The position numbers and the translations under genes were made by a program. A stretch of 64,000 bases of DNA from Negaprion brevirostris. Lineage: Eukaryota. The notes beneath the pieces are model-generated. The model had not been told where the DNA came from and did not search any database. It worked only from the letters and a program-made list of their open reading frames with translations. Below are positions 38,775-51,804 of this stretch, piece after piece (the stretch's first letter is position 1; every line of letters starts with the position of its first letter). The stretch lies in the NCBI GenBank assembly GCA_030324005.1, contig JARDVH010000042.1, positions 42,079,129 through 42,143,128 on the forward strand, written 5' to 3'.

Positions 38775-39780
38775 CAGCATGGGTGCTCCTTATGCTGTTT
38801 CTGCTTTGGAACTCAGATGAGAACCAAGATGACTAACAGAAACAGCAGCAGGAGCAGCAGCAGGAACAGCAACAACTGCTTGTCACAGAAAAGTAGTTCT
38901 ACAGAAGAAGTTGAACAGAATGGTGCTGCTTGCAACATGCCAGAACAGTACTGTCTCGGGAGGCTCAGAGTCACATGCCATGTGGTGGCCCACATTTGCA
39001 GTCAGTTGGAACAAGACCTGTTGTCATAAGGAACTGTGGCCACTCCTTAGCCTGAGCTGTCAACATATTCACTATCTTTAATTTTTCATTAGTTCCTTCC
39101 AAGCTCTGCTGGTGACATTTACAGGATATTTAAAATGCATAAGACGCATGCCTGCTATCTTGTTCCTAGATCAGACTATTGTGTACACTCTGCCAACTGC
39201 TGAAACCATTTGTAGTGATGGTCACTTGGAATTGTGGCTGTAGCTGGCTTCCCACTGGTGCAAGGCACAAATGACAATCAAGGCACCCTCCAATACACTA
39301 GGAATGCTTGTCAGTTGCAAAGCCTTCCACTCCCTCGATGTTCAGTTGGTTTTCAACCACAAAAAGACTTTTATGCTGATTTATGCAAGCTCCCATGATG
39401 CTTTTATCCTGTGGCAGTCCACCCTCCATGATGATACCAATGAGTAATCCAACCAATGAAAGCCAGGAGTAATACAATAAAAGTCATATGACAACTAGAT
39501 GTGCCATTGAGCAAGTCATTGGTATGTTGAAGAGGTGCTTCAGGTCTATGGACAGATCAAAAAGTGTTCTTCAGTGTGCAGAAGCTAGGGATTCCCTGAA
39601 TGGTAATGGTGAGTTGTGTTCTGTGCAGCATCATGCAACAATGAGTTTTGGGAATGCACAAGAAAAATGTTCAGAGCACAGAACCACTTTAATTTTGAGA
39701 AGGCGGAGGAGGAATTTGATGTATCAGTAATGTGCATAGCCTGCAATGCCCTTATTATTGCAAAATTCACTTAGGTTCCA
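38775..39780 (+). pseudogene. Harbinger (HARBI1-like, DDE_Tnp_4) transposase relic
   Basis: AGFPLVQG, KAFHSLDVQLV, SSHDAFIL, TRCAIEQVIGMLKRCFRSMDRS motifs in the expected order, with frameshifts. Confidence 0.88.
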
Positions 39781-39944
39781 CCAATCCACCCATTAGACTG
39801 GCAAAAGCCACTTGCTCCTAATGCTTCCCTTCTTCTCAAAGTGCACAGTATTCCAAGCAAGCAAGCATCCCATATAGCACCGCATTTTAACCCCTTACAT
39901 TAGCATTCATCACAATGAAATGAAAGGAAGCTTTCCTCATGAAG

Positions 39945-40032
39945 AGTCACTGAATTGAAACATCAACTCTGTCTCTCCACAGATGCCGTCAGATCCATTG
40001 AGTATGTCCAGCATTTTTTGCCAATATTTTAT
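39945..40032 (+). mobile_element. Solo Penelope pLTR fragment
   Basis: CTCATGAAGAGTCACTGAATTGAAACATCAACTCTG..CTCCACAGATGC. Confidence 0.75.
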
Positions 40033-41529
40033 TGCCGGGGCGCAATCAAAAATGGGTAATACGTGAACATAACAGCACAAACTTCGCATTCTAACGACGT
40101 GATACACACATGTGCAGACGCTAATACTCTTTACAGTTTCTCTTTTTAACCCTTCTACATGATGCAACCCTTATGCCTCAGCAGAGATAGAGACAGGCTG
40201 CTCTGATCTCTGCTCCAACTGTTAAAGTTCTCCTGGTCGAGATCCTCTGGGTTTCGGACCTGTTGGGGGCAGCACCAAAGATTGTTTCACCTGCACAGAG
40301 GGAGTCTTGGCCATTGTGACATAAACCAGCAAGTGAGGTACTTAGCTTCTTGAATCGGTTCCTCCTTTCCATGCCCTTTTTCACCATCGCTTCTCTAATG
40401 GCTCATCTGCATGTTCCAGTCTAGCCATGAATTAGAGAGCATTTTACTGCACTTTGGCACAATGGACAGTCAAGATTTGGGTATCATAAACCCTATGTCA
40501 GGTGACAGTTAGAGTGTGCTAGCCATTTGTGAGGAGTGCATATACTTGTTTAATGTTCTATGTAGGTAGCCACTCTTTCCATGCATGAAGTCGTCATTGC
40601 AAATGCAACTTATATTTGAAACAGACTCCTGCGATCTCTCCGGAAACGTGCACTATTGCTGTAATGCCTGCCCAGGCAGTGCACATTTTTTTCTGTCACT
40701 CCAGAAGTATCTGCTTTGTTTATGGCCTCCACAATTCAGCATCTACAGAGCTTGCAGCATCCAGCCGACTCTCTACTGCTGACCTTTCCCATACCATCTG
40801 CCCTTAGTCACTTACAATATGCGAGTTTCCGGGAGAGAATCTAGCGATGTTCCCACTGAAAACTGAGTATCTGAACTGGTGATGGTTGCAGCTACCCTCT
40901 GACAGTGCTTAGAATGAGTGACCCCCTCTATAGAATCATTGTCATCCTTCTGCATCACCTCTTACAGGACGTTATGGGTGATTAAAGACATGAATTAGAA
41001 CTTCCAAGGTAAGAAGGTTTTCATTGATCATTAGACACATGATCATATTTCACTGGCTGATAACATAAAATCCACATGACTGAGTGTTGTGTGCCTTGTG
41101 GCTGACTGATATTTTGCTTTGTGATCGAGTAACTGGGAGGTTCCCATTTTTCCACCTCTGATGACCAGGCACATTGAGGCTTGACTATTCTCCAGTGCCT
41201 CCTCTGAAGCTAGCAACTGCTACCTCCAATTCTCCACCTCTTCCCAGTATTCTGAACTCGCTTATCCTGCAAGGAGGGAACAAAGAGACCTATGAATGAC
41301 AGTCGTGGAATGGTTGGGGAGCATTTGTCAACAGTAACCATGAGGGAAATTAAAGGTGTTTCATTAAGATGGGAATGGATGTGATGAAGTGCATAGACAA
41401 TGAGAGATGGATATACTTACAAGGTAAATTGGTGTGAAACAGATGCAATGGAATAGGCTTGAGAAGGCAGAGTGGGAGGGTTAACATGATACACATAATA
41501 GGAGTTGGCTAAATGTGTAATTATATGCA

Positions 41530-41750
41530 TTGGCCCTATCCTGTTTAGCTCATTAAACCACTTTTGGCATTGAGTCCACCAGCATGGCAGCGTACTCCTC
41601 ACACTGCTAACTTCATGGGCAACTTCCAGCCATACCTTGTTGGTTTCACTGACAGCCTTTGTCTTTCCATCAGTAAGGAAGAATATTTCTTTATGGCTCT
41701 GATAACTCCAAGCAGCACATCCAATGAAGAATCACTAAAACATTCCTGCA
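41530..41750 (-). pseudogene. Harbinger ORF1 Myb/SANT-like DNA-binding domain relic
   Basis: FSDSSLDVLLGVI..NKVWLEVAHEVSSVRSTLPCWWTQCQKWFNEL matches the trihelix pattern F(S/T)..E...L..W..(I/V)A..V....R...QC.K.F.DL. Confidence 0.8.
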
Positions 41751-41859
41751 CTTCCTAACACAAACTTCATGTTTAAATACCAAAGGTGGAATCATTCATG
41801 TAGATCATCATTATACCAGCTCAACCTAATTGATTGCAAAACCCGGAAAAAAAATAAAA

Positions 41860-42237
41860 TCTTATAGAAACATATAAAATTATGAAGTAGAAAAATAAGA
41901 TAACGGGGAGGTTGTTTCCATTGGCAGGTGAAACTAGAACTAGGGGGCACTGCCTCAAAATAAGGGGGAGCAGAGTAGGACTGAGTTGAGGAGGAACTTC
42001 TTCACCCAAAAGGTTGTGAATCTTTGGAATTCTGTGCCCAATGAAACAGTTGAGGCTACCTCAGTGAATGTTTTAAGGCAAGGATAGATAAATTTTTGAA
42101 CAGCAAAAGGAATTAAAGGTTATGGTGAGCAGGTGGCTAAGTGGAGCTGAATCTACAAAAAGATCGGCCATGACTTTATTGAATAGCGGAGCAGGCTTGA
42201 GGGGCCAGATGGCCTACTCCTGCTTCTTATGTTCTTA
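41860..42237 (+). mobile_element. CR1 3' fragment nested in the Harbinger element
   Basis: GAGGAACTTCTTCACCCAAAAGGTTGTGAATCTTTGGAATTC ... GGCCTACTCCTGCTTCTTATGTTCTT. Confidence 0.9.
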
Positions 42238-42423
42238 ACTAATGTGTTCGAGCTGAGATTGAGTTAAAAAGCCTCTGACTGATTTGTGCACTTGCCGATT
42301 TCCAAGGCATATCATTCATTGTCAGCTTCCAGTGTGTTACAAAGTTAAAATCCAGCCCCATGATTTCAGTCAGTGGTAAAACTCCAGAGTCTCAATTTTC
42401 ACCAACCAGACAACAACAGTAAT

Positions 42424-42550
42424 GGCTGAAATCTTCTGTCCTTATTCACAGCTGAGATTCTCCAGTGCTGCAGAGGGTGAATGAAGTTTTGGCTGGAACA
42501 CCAGATTTTCTGTTTTTGCTTGCCATGGACAAAACTGGAGATTCCCAACC
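42424..42550. mobile_element. MITE (same broad family as 20227 and 44169)
   Basis: TIR-like GGCTGAAATCTTC / GGAGATTCCCAACC; flanks AAT/AAC. Confidence 0.6.
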
Positions 42551-44017
42551 AACGTAAACATTTATGATATTTATTAAAGCAATAGTTATTTTATGGTACA
42601 ATAGTTGATGTTTAGATCATTGGCTGAGTTTTAATCCTTAGAAAATAGGATCAATTTGAAAGTGAAGTTGAATCTTGGTTTCCCAAAATACTTGTTTTAG
42701 TTTACAGTGCAATTTAATATAATATACTTCTTATTTTATGAATAAATATCTATATCTGTCATTAGTTCATTTTATGTTTTAAAAATTTGGTTAGCTTTGT
42801 GCACTTGTTTAAGGTAGCAGATTAANNNNNNNNNNNNNNNNNNNNNNNNNNNNNNNNNNNNNNNNNNNNNNNNNNNNNNNNNNNNNNNNNNNNGGGCTCA
42901 GTCACTAATAATGCGAATTTTTAAGTAGTGCCTTGCTGGTATGAAAAAGAGGTAGCATCATTATTAATGTCGAAACTATAGCATGTTTCGCACAGGGTTA
43001 TTGTAGAAGGTCAGAGCATGTTTCTCTGAATTAAAAGCCATTTTAGACTATGACATTCCTAATCAACTCAGACCTAAGAGTGCACGGCTCTGATATAATG
43101 AGGGAACAATGAATTTGAATAAAAGGTCAGGTGGAGTGATTTATAAATGTTCTGCTGTACTATAATCGCATATATTGGCACTGTTGTTTTTGTTTGTAGC
43201 CCTTTAATTTTTCACAATGATTTCAAACATTAAGGTATGGTATGTCACAGCAAATTTTGTAACGTCTAATAAATGTTGCATACTTTCAATAATTTGTTTT
43301 TGCAAGTTGTCAAATTTGACAACACAAGTAAGTAACTATCATTATAATACCAACTTATTTCTCCTTTTCTTTGGTAAATGTTTGTATCTTTGATCATTGA
43401 GCGTCTCGGCTATAACATATACTTTCATGTGTCATATATTAGGTTAACATATGACTGACATTTTAATCATGTCTTATCACCGAAATAGAATCTTTGGAAG
43501 CACAGTTGAGTCGGTGAATAAATATATTGCAGTGCATTTGAAAAGATATAGGTGAAAAGCAGGTGATCAAATTGCATGCTTGCGAACATGTGTGAAATAA
43601 ATGTTCGAAATGCACCTTCAATTAACACATTTGANNNNNNNNNNNNNNNNNNNNNNNNNNNNNNNNNNNNNNNNNNNNNNNNNNNNNNNNNNNNNNNNNN
43701 NNNNNNNNNNNNNNNNNNNNNNNNNNNNNNNNNNTTGATAAAAAGATCTTATATATATGATTTTAATACGTACAACATCAAAATGATATATCAAGGGTGA
43801 AATGACTCCATGACAGCAGCACAAAGTAAGCTCATAGAAAAATGGCAGCCGATTTTTTTTCACAATCTTCGTTCCATTGAAGTTGATAGCATGATGGTTC
43901 AAATTCTTTTTAGAGACTCAGTTCCTCGCCCCACTCATTTTGCTTACTTGATTTGAGATTTTAAAGCTTGACAATATTTTCCAAGCGAATGCAAAGTGAA
44001 ACCTGGCATTGTGTTTT

Positions 44018-44356
44018 AATAAAAGCAAAGTACTGCGGATGCTGGAAATCTGAAATAAAAACGAAAAATGCTGGGTGATCGCGGCAGGTCTGGCAGCATC
44101 TGCTGAGAGAGAAACACAGTTAACGTTTTGAGTCCTTATGACTCTTGGTCAAATGAGCTTCAAACATTGAGCGCAATCTTACCAACCGTTCATGCCACAC
44201 TCCTGCTGCAGCCCAACCAAATCTCCGTTCACTGCAGCAGGATGGGAATATCCTACCGGTATGAAGGGCTGTAACATTCCAGCCGTTAACTCTGCTTCTC
44301 TCTCCACAGATAATGCCAGACCTGCTGAGTTCATCCAGTATTTTCTGTTTTTATTG
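44018..44356. mobile_element. Inverted pair of Penelope pLTRs (palindromic), interrupted by a MITE
   Basis: Left arm GATGCTGGAAATCTGAAATAAAAAC..GGTCTGGCAGCATCTG..GAGAGAAACACAGTTAACG mirrors right arm GTTAACTCTG..TCTCCACAGAT..CCAGACCTGCTGAG. Confidence 0.85.
44169..44284. mobile_element. MITE inserted in pLTR hammerhead core
   Basis: TIRs GAGCGCAATCTTAC / GTAACATTCCAGCC; flanks ATT/GTT; reverse-complement homolog of 20227-20362. Confidence 0.8.
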
Positions 44357-44889
44357 TGTATAACAAAGTGCCTGTGTGCTACATGCCCCTGTTTCATGCT
44401 GGTGCCATTGAACAATTTCAGCTTAATTTTCAAGAAAAAAAGCCTTCAGGAATCACTTAAAACATTTGCTCCCAGTGGATATTTATCTCATGACAGATTG
44501 AAATACTGTGGTGAACCATCTAAATAATTTATGTTGCCTCCCTTAAATTATTTTCTTCTGATTATTTTTTAAAAAAGCTGCTAAATTTTCTTTATTTCTC
44601 TATCATTATCCATCTACATCAACTGTTTAATTTGATTTGTTTTGCTTCCTAATTGTCTCATCTTTCTCTGTCCCTTGTGCTCCCCTCTTTCTTTTGCTCT
44701 CTCTGTTGCTCTCCCTATCGCTATCTCTTTCTGTCACACTCCCTTGTTGTAAAAGATGCGGTTTGATCTGAGAGTTTATTTGTCTTCACATTAGCCTTTT
44801 GTGGGGCTGTTGGCATCATCCTACTTCTTCTCTGGCTTTCTTCAAGCCTCCCTCAGTCCACTTTCAACATTATCCATCCAGCTGATTTT

Positions 44890-45224
44890 TAGAATCCCTA
44901 TAGTGCAGAAGGAGGCCATTTGGCCCATTGAATCAACACCAACTTTCCGACAGAGTATCCTGTCCAGGCCCTATCCCTGGAACCTCAAGCATATAACACA
45001 CTAATCCCCTAAATTTACACAATTTTGAATACTAAAGGGCAATTTAGCATGTCCAACCCACTGAACCTGAATGTCTTTCGGATTGTGGTAGGAAACCAGA
45101 GCACCCAGAGGAAACCCTTGCAGGGGGATAACTTGCAGACTTTGCTGAGACAGTGAACCAAGCCAGGAATCGAACCTGGGTCCCTGGCACTGTGAAACAG
45201 CAGTGCTAACCATGCTGTCCCATC
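44890..45224 (-). mobile_element. HE1-type SINE
   Basis: TAGAATCCCTATAGTGCAGAAGGAGGCCATT tail to GGAATCGAACCTGGGTCCCTGGCACTGTG head. Confidence 0.9.
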
Positions 45225-45537
45225 CCCTGCTCAGGAATACAGCCACTCAACAGCTTCCTCAGCATTAGCTGCATGCTACAATCATGTAAACGAGCAGGCA
45301 GCACAAATTCTTCATGCTGTCTTCATCGGAAGCAACTGGCATAGGTTAATCACACATCACACTCCTCACATCTGTTTTCAGGTCCTACCAAATTTCGGTG
45401 CCCCCAATTCTTGGCACAAAATGTAATTGTCAGGCGTTTCCATTCCTACTGTGAAGATTGATTTTTCTTAATCTGCTGATAAATTTCCCAACCCACAGTA
45501 AGCTTGTCTTATTTTACGTTTAAGACAAAGAAGTCAT

Positions 45538-45692
45538 GTTGACTGAGTGAGTAGTACTTGCACCTTTGGTCAGAAGGATGCAAATCACAGAAAGTAGCTT
45601 AGCCACTCAGAATAGAGCACATATCTAGGTTGTCATTTCTTTATAGTACTGATGGAACTTTACTGAGGGTGCTGAGCTTTGGATGAGACATC
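45538..45692 (+). mobile_element. DeuSINE-like 5' fragment (old)
   Basis: GTCAGAAGG..GAGCACATATCTAGG..AGTACTGA..GCTTTGGATGAGAC resembles a SacSINE1/AmnSINE head-to-Deu region. Confidence 0.45.
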
Positions 45693-45819
45693 ATAGAGAA
45701 ACACTATTCTGGTTAATATGTTTGGCTGGATAATCAGTGTGGATCAGATTAGTGCCGTTCTGGCTGGGGTAGATTCAGGGCCTGTTTCCTTTTGGAGATT
45801 GTGACACTGGGTCAGACTT

Positions 45820-46690
45820 ACCATGGCAAGCAAACTGAATAAGATACTCTTGGGAGCTTTTAATGTCTATTTTATTTTTTATTTCTTGCTAGTTTTCTCT
45901 CATATTCTAATTTTTCCCTTTTTTTGTTATCCTTTGCAGATGTCTAAAACCTTCCCAATCTTCACAGCATTATCCATCTTTTATTTTAACTTGATACCAC
46001 CCTTAACTTCCTTCTACAGGCATGGATGGTATAACCTTCTAGTACATTCTTTCTCTCTCAGTTAAATTTATCTATTTCAGAGTTATGAAATATCTCCTTA
46101 AATATTTGTCACTGCTTCTCTCCAATCTTTTTTTAACCTATTTGCCCATTCCATGTTAGCCAACTCTGTCTTCATACTTTTGTAATTGCCTGTATTTAAG
46201 TTTGAGCCATTTGGTTATGGACTCACATTTTTCTCTCTCAAAGTGAATGTAAAAATCTTTCATGTTATGATCACTCTTGAGAACCCTTGGCTGTCAGGTT
46301 ATTACTCACCCTGTCTCATTACGCATTACTTTTACCTGGTGTTGTGAGACTTATTACTGTCATTACGTATTACCAGATGCAAAATAGCCTGCCTGTTGTT
46401 GGTTCTAGAACATATTGTTCTCAGAAACAGTCCCAAATACACTCGATGGACTCATCCTCCAGGCTACCTTTGCCAATTTATTATATCCAATTGATGTAAA
46501 GATTAAAGTCACCCACAACCGTTGTAGTACCTTTCTTAAGCTCTCATTATTTCTTGATGTATATTCTATCCTTTGTAATTACCGTTAGAAGGCTAATAAA
46601 GTAGTCTCACCAGGAGCTTCTCTACTATTTCTTAACTCCAGCCAAACTGATTCAACACCTTGAACTTCTGAACTGACATCTTTTCTCAAG
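45820..46690 (-). mobile_element. Old CR1 ORF2 (endonuclease region) fragment
   Basis: Reverse-complement similarity to the CR1 region seen at 19250-20110 (TCTCCTTAAAT, GCCAACTCTG, TTGCCTGTATTTAAG, CATGTTATGATCACTC). Confidence 0.7.
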
Positions 46691-48749
46691 ATTGTACAAT
46701 CCTGTAGTGATTGATTCAGAGCAAGCTCTGAAGGTGAATGCTTGGAAGAAAGGTAATGGAGGAGGGTTTGTAACGGCCGTTACTGAAACCATTTCTTTTC
46801 GCCAACGTCATGAAATGTAATTTGTTTCAAGTTGGCCATTAGAAACAAATATAAAAAAATGTAAAAATTGTGTTTTAATCACAATTAAGACAAACCCATT
46901 TTTGAAAGTCTACATCAGTTTCAGCAATCTTACTCAAAGTGACTTCCAGACATTAAAGTACATATCATTCAGAATCTTTCTATAAATGTTTAAAACCATA
47001 TTTTGGAAGGAATATTTCTGCATTACTGAGGAATGACCATCATTTGCAACTTCAAAGATGATCTATGATAAGGATTAATTATGTGTTCTAAAGAAACTTA
47101 AAGAATGTGCAGCATGCATTAGATTACATACATTCTGGTTTTCTAACTAGTTTACCCATACATAAAGCAAAGCAACACCGAATCGTACATTGATAATGTG
47201 GAAGAATAATATTCAGCAAAATAAATCAATAAGAAAGATAAATATACAACATCAAGTGCAGTGAGAATTATTAATAAAATATAGTGCACTGTTAATTATC
47301 TTGGTGGTTCTACTTGAAGGTTCATAATCTAATCACAAATGGGCTTTTACCATACCTGCACATTTTTGCTACCAGTTTTGGCAGCTTCAAACTGTGAATA
47401 TTACAGAGGACAGAAACAGAGTGAGATGGAGAACTGAAATATTCGATGCTGCTGCTGTAGGGTTGTTTCCTTGGAACAATAAAAAAATAAAGAAGCAAAC
47501 CAAAATAACTCCTGTGGGATTCTATTAGATAGAGACTGGGATTATTTTGGTTCAGCTAACGGCACCATTGAAGTGTAGATCTATCATTACATGAGGGAAA
47601 TCCACCAGTGAAAGACAGGTTCTTTGGGAATTTATCTCAAGTATCTCAGCTGAAGTAGAAATCATGCCTGTTGATATCAGTTTGGTGTCTATCAGTGGAG
47701 TTATAGCAGTAGTAATACTTAATAACACTGTGGCCAGTATATATGTGCAGTGCTGCATACTAACCACCATCAGTTGTAAAAGCTTTTTCTGGCTAATTTT
47801 GTTGTCTATCTATAACTGTGTTTTCACTGTGATGACGCTGATAAATGCCACGGGCTTCCTGACTCACATTGGGGGAGGGGGAAGGGCGGGGTAGTGGGGG
47901 TCTCACGACAGAAATATCGCTCGACATATACAGAACATTATATTTTTTGTTATATTGCTTACATTTTCTCAGATGCAAGTATCCCAGCATGGGTCGTGTG
48001 TGGACTTAACTTTAGTGTTACATGTTTTGCATTGTTTGATTTTACTTTCTCAGCTATAAAAGGGGGATTCAGTAGCAGGAAGTTAATTTGATTTTGTAGA
48101 ATTTTAACCCTACTGTGGACTGTGTATTTTGTTAGATTTTATTAAACCAAGCAAAATTAAATGCAAAGTAGAAAATCTGATGTAAAAGTATTTCATCAGC
48201 ACATTGCATGAGTGACATTAAAGCTTTTTAAATGAAGAACATTTTATTGTGAATTTGAAAAATATGCACACCCTGCTCCTTTTAATGGTACTTTGTGTGG
48301 GTGTCAGCATGTCAAAATCTGTATTCAATATACAAGAGTTATTAACTTTTAATGCCACACCATTTTTCATGTATTATTAGGCCCTATGTGACCGTATTAT
48401 TTTGAAGTCCATGTATAAGTAATTTGTGAGAATGCCTCTTAAGCACTGAACACATTTTCTTAACATTAATAAAATGCATTAATGAAGCTGTGCTCTTGCA
48501 ACAGTTTGTTTTAGAACAGTCACTACTTTTAGTTTGACAAAGTTTTCATACACCTATTCTGGAAATGTTTAAGCTTAGTCATAATTAAATATTTTTACCT
48601 TAGGTGGATAGTATTTGGTGGAGTCATATTTACTTAATAAATATTGGATTAAACTACATTTGAGACTTTGGTAGTTTAGTTTGGGTACTTCCAACATGAC
48701 TGGGCTAGGTGTTATCTTTCCTCTGTGTGAGTGTCTTTCATCCTGTTAA

Positions 48750-49543
48750 AACATCTGGCATCCATCCAATTTTGGGAGATGATGGATGGGAATTTGTCAC
48801 TTCTGGATTGAACATCATTTAATGTGGCTGTGGATGCCAATTCATGAATGGCAGTCCCTTCCACAGCTGGCAAAAATGAATTTGTATTGACTGATTTTTT
48901 TTTCCTTTAAGCAGGATCTTCTTTCCACCATCTGGTTGTTACTTTTGTCCTCTGCTTTTTCCAAGCTCTTTCTGGTTGCTTGTCTCCAGGCACTCCCATT
49001 AGCTGCAAGGATTTCCCAGGCATCAACTCTGATCCCAGGTCTCGCTTGTAGACATCCTTGTACAGCAGACATGGACGACCTATTGGTTTCATACTGTTAA
49101 CAAACTCACCAAAGGGCATAACTTTGGAAATGTGGCCATAATCCACTGGGGAACATAACTCAACCGACAGAGTTGTTGCTGCTTCAAGAGCCCTAATGTG
49201 CTGGAGGTCCCTGCACACTGGTATACTTCATATTTGGCACTTGGTCTTGCCAGGTAATGGCCACTATTCATCTGAAGCAGCAGAGGTGGAATCTGTTCAA
49301 GTTTCTGTGCTCTCCTAAGTTGTCCATGCTTCACTATTGTAACAGAGGTTGCTAAGTATGCATGCTTGGCACATACAGAACTTGGTATTTTCAGTTAGTT
49401 TGCTGTTGGTCCACATTCAAATTCTTAACTCTGACATGACAGCAAAAGCTGCTAATTTTAGCATCAAAGAACAGGTTTCTGATAATTTAAAGTATGTGAA
49501 ACATTGACAACCTCTAGACAGAGGTTGTCGATGTTGGTGGATA
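48750..49543 (-). mobile_element. RTE-clade LINE, 3' half
   Basis: IDNLCLEVVNV, GRPCLLYKDVYKRDL, WEILAANGSAWRQA, CGRDCHS C-terminal Cys/His motif. Confidence 0.85.
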
Positions 49544-49665
49544 GAACATAGAACACTACAGCACAAAAATCCCGTCGGCCCACAAGTTGCGCCGATCATA
49601 TCCATACCTCCCAGGCCATAGAACTATCTATAACTCCCAGTCCCATTAAATCCCATGTACTCATC
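49541..49665 (-). mobile_element. Young CR1 3' end
   Basis: ATAGAACATAGAACA tail plus CCCGTCGGCCCACAAGTTGCGCCGA; ends abruptly at about 49665. Confidence 0.8.
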
Positions 49666-49699
49666 TTGCCGTGAATCTTGTAGATGGTACAAAATTTAA

Positions 49700-49860
49700 T
49701 TTGTGATCTGGGATGTACTGTCTAAATACATAGTGGAAGCAGATTCAGTAATAACTTTCAAAAGGAAAAACATGAAAAGGAGAGGTTTGGAGGACTGTGG
49801 GACTAGCTCTTTCAAAGAGATGACACAATGCACTAAATAACCCCCTTTTGTACTCTTTAA
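49700..49860 (+). mobile_element. Old CR1 3' remnant
   Basis: GTGGAAGCAGATTCAGTAATAACTTTCAAAAGG..TAGCTCTTTCAAAGAG. Confidence 0.65.
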
Positions 49861-50569
49861 TTCGAAATAAACTGAAATGAATATGAAAGCTGGAACTTTA
49901 AATAAGCATAGGATTTAGAATAAGCATGGAAAATGCTAAAAATGCAAAGCATTTGGTTAAAACCTTTTGTTGGGTGGCAGTATTTCAGGCATTGGCATGA
50001 GGTTACATTTCCAATTCAGAGGGACATAGGGAGATAGCACTTCCATTGGTAATAGTTAACGTGGTAATTGTTAAATCTCTGATATTGCAGGTGACAGCTA
50101 TTAGAATTTTCTGTTAATCCTGCATTAGAAAAATACATTGATTTGATTTTAAAAGCCATGCTCTTGATCAAGAAGGTTCTAATTATATTTGTTGTGATTT
50201 AATACTATAAATAGGAGGCTAGTTAATGCAATTTACTTGTGGAGCTGGATTCAAATCAAGCCTTGACTAGTCAGATGGTGGTCTGTACTGGATTAAAGTT
50301 CCTTCATCGGTGCTGCTTCCAAGTGTATTCAACATTGAGGAGTACAGTTGAAGGAGGGCAGTAAGTGCTAATTAGCAGAATTTAGGATGCTTTATCTTTG
50401 CCCATGTTTGACCCAGTGCCACGAGACTTCATGGGCTCTAGGGTCAAGGTTGAGGACTCTCAGAACCATTGCCTCCCAACTGTACATGGGCCCTGTGATG
50501 CTGATGTCAAACAGTGCTTTGGATGACTTGAAATGGAAAAAATACATCTTGATGAGATTTCTGTTTTCT

Positions 50570-50804
50570 AACACAACAATGAAATTGCTGTGAAAATCCC
50601 CTATTCGCCGCACTCCTGCGTTTGTTTGGGTATGCTAAGGAAGAATTTAGCATGGCCAGTGCACCGAATTGGCACGCCTTTCAGATTTTGGGAGGAAACC
50701 CACGCAGACATGGGGAGAATGTGCAGACTCCACACAGTCACCCAATCAAACACGAGTCCCTGGCATTGAGAAGCAGCAGTGCTAATTACTGTGCACCATG
50801 CCAT
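50570..50804 (-). mobile_element. HE1-head SINE, alternative tail
   Basis: AATGAAATTGCTGTGAAAATCCCCTA..CAGACATGGGGAGAATGTGCAGACTCCACACAG..GCAGCAGTGCTAA. Confidence 0.85.
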
Positions 50805-51278
50805 CCTAGATTAGAGGAAGCTTTGTTCTGTTGTTAAACATCTTGTACTTCACATTTGAAATGAGGTTCCCTAATAGACAGTGTTCCATTATCCAGCTCA
50901 TGCACGCACCGTGCACCACTCCCCACTCCTGAACTTGAGAAAAAAAATCATTAGAATGGAAGCTATAATGTAACAAAAATGTTGGTAAGCGATTTATTGT
51001 TTAGTTAGCTATTTATAAAAACAGTTTGAGAATTAATCTTGAAGTTGTGGAAAACATGTTTATTCTGCTGTTGGTGTGTTTGGGCCCTGTTATCCTTTCA
51101 GCTTGAGGCAACTTTCTCCCTAAATTCCACCAACCACTTATCCTATAATCTTTTTAATGCCAGGATACTTAGAAAAAGATGACTTCAAAGAAGCTGGAAA
51201 GGTCTAGACTTCTGCTTGGAAATTTTGACTAAACTTTCTCACTTTTGGCTCCCTTCAAAAAGTATTTTTATTTTGCAG

Positions 51279-51345
51279 CTTTGGAATCAACTCAGACTGA
51301 GCTATTTGATTTGAAAGCAAAGTATGATGAAGAATCAACTGCCAA
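51279..51345 (+). CDS. CUX1: Internal coding exon of CUX1/CASP (cut-like homeobox 1, N-terminal coiled coil)
   Basis: Acceptor TTTTTATTTTGCAG, donor AA|GTAAGT, 67 nt, phase 1 to phase 2; translates (A)LESTQTELFDLKAKYDEESTA(K) versus human CUX1 [23 protein letters not shown] (recalled as a 67-nt exon); closer to CUX1 than to CUX2. Confidence 0.92.
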
Positions 51346-51650
51346 GTAAGTTTCATTAACTGACATGGTATGGTGTGAGCTATGTGTTAAAACCAAAGAA
51401 ATTGGAATTTATTCCTATGCCAACAAGGACAAAAACAGTAGATATTGATCTCCTGTAGCATGGCTCACCATAAGCACTTGATATATCGTATTCAAGGACA
51501 GGGCCCTTATATAATTAATACAGTGCGTGTTACTCTCTTACTAAAATGAANNNNNNNNNNNNNNNNNNNNNNNNNNNNNNNNNNNNNNNNNNNNNNNNNN
51601 NNNNNNNNNNNNNNNNNNNNNNNNNNNNNNNNNNNNNNNNNNNNNNNNNN

Positions 51651-51803
51651 CTAAGAGTCCTACCCTTGATATTGTACTCCTTCATCCCATTGGACCTGCC
51701 AAAATGGACCACTACACATTTATCCGCATTGAAGTCCATCTGCCACTTCTCCGCCCAGTCTAGCATCCTATCTGTGTCACACTGCATGTCTTGCATGTCT
51801 TGC
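51651..51803 (-). mobile_element. Young CR1 RT C-terminal fragment (5'-truncated end)
   Basis: QCDTDRMLDWAEKWQMDFNADKCVVVHFGRSN. Confidence 0.9.
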
Positions 51804-51804
51804 A

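Larger units (their letters stand above)
38229..42358. mobile_element. Decayed formerly autonomous Harbinger transposon (about 4.1 kb including nested insertions)
   Basis: Contains convergent transposase and Myb/SANT relics; candidate TIRs GGGGGTGATCTTACC / GTTAAAATCCAGCCC; TSD not clean. Confidence 0.6.

Noticed and set aside
38775-39780. Host HARBI1 gene
   Set aside because: Multiple stops, frameshifts and deletions, and a second similar relic nearby; transposon fossil
47664-47894. Hydrophobic 76-aa ORF suggesting a membrane peptide
   Set aside because: T-rich composition explains the hydrophobicity; no homology recognised and no exon boundaries
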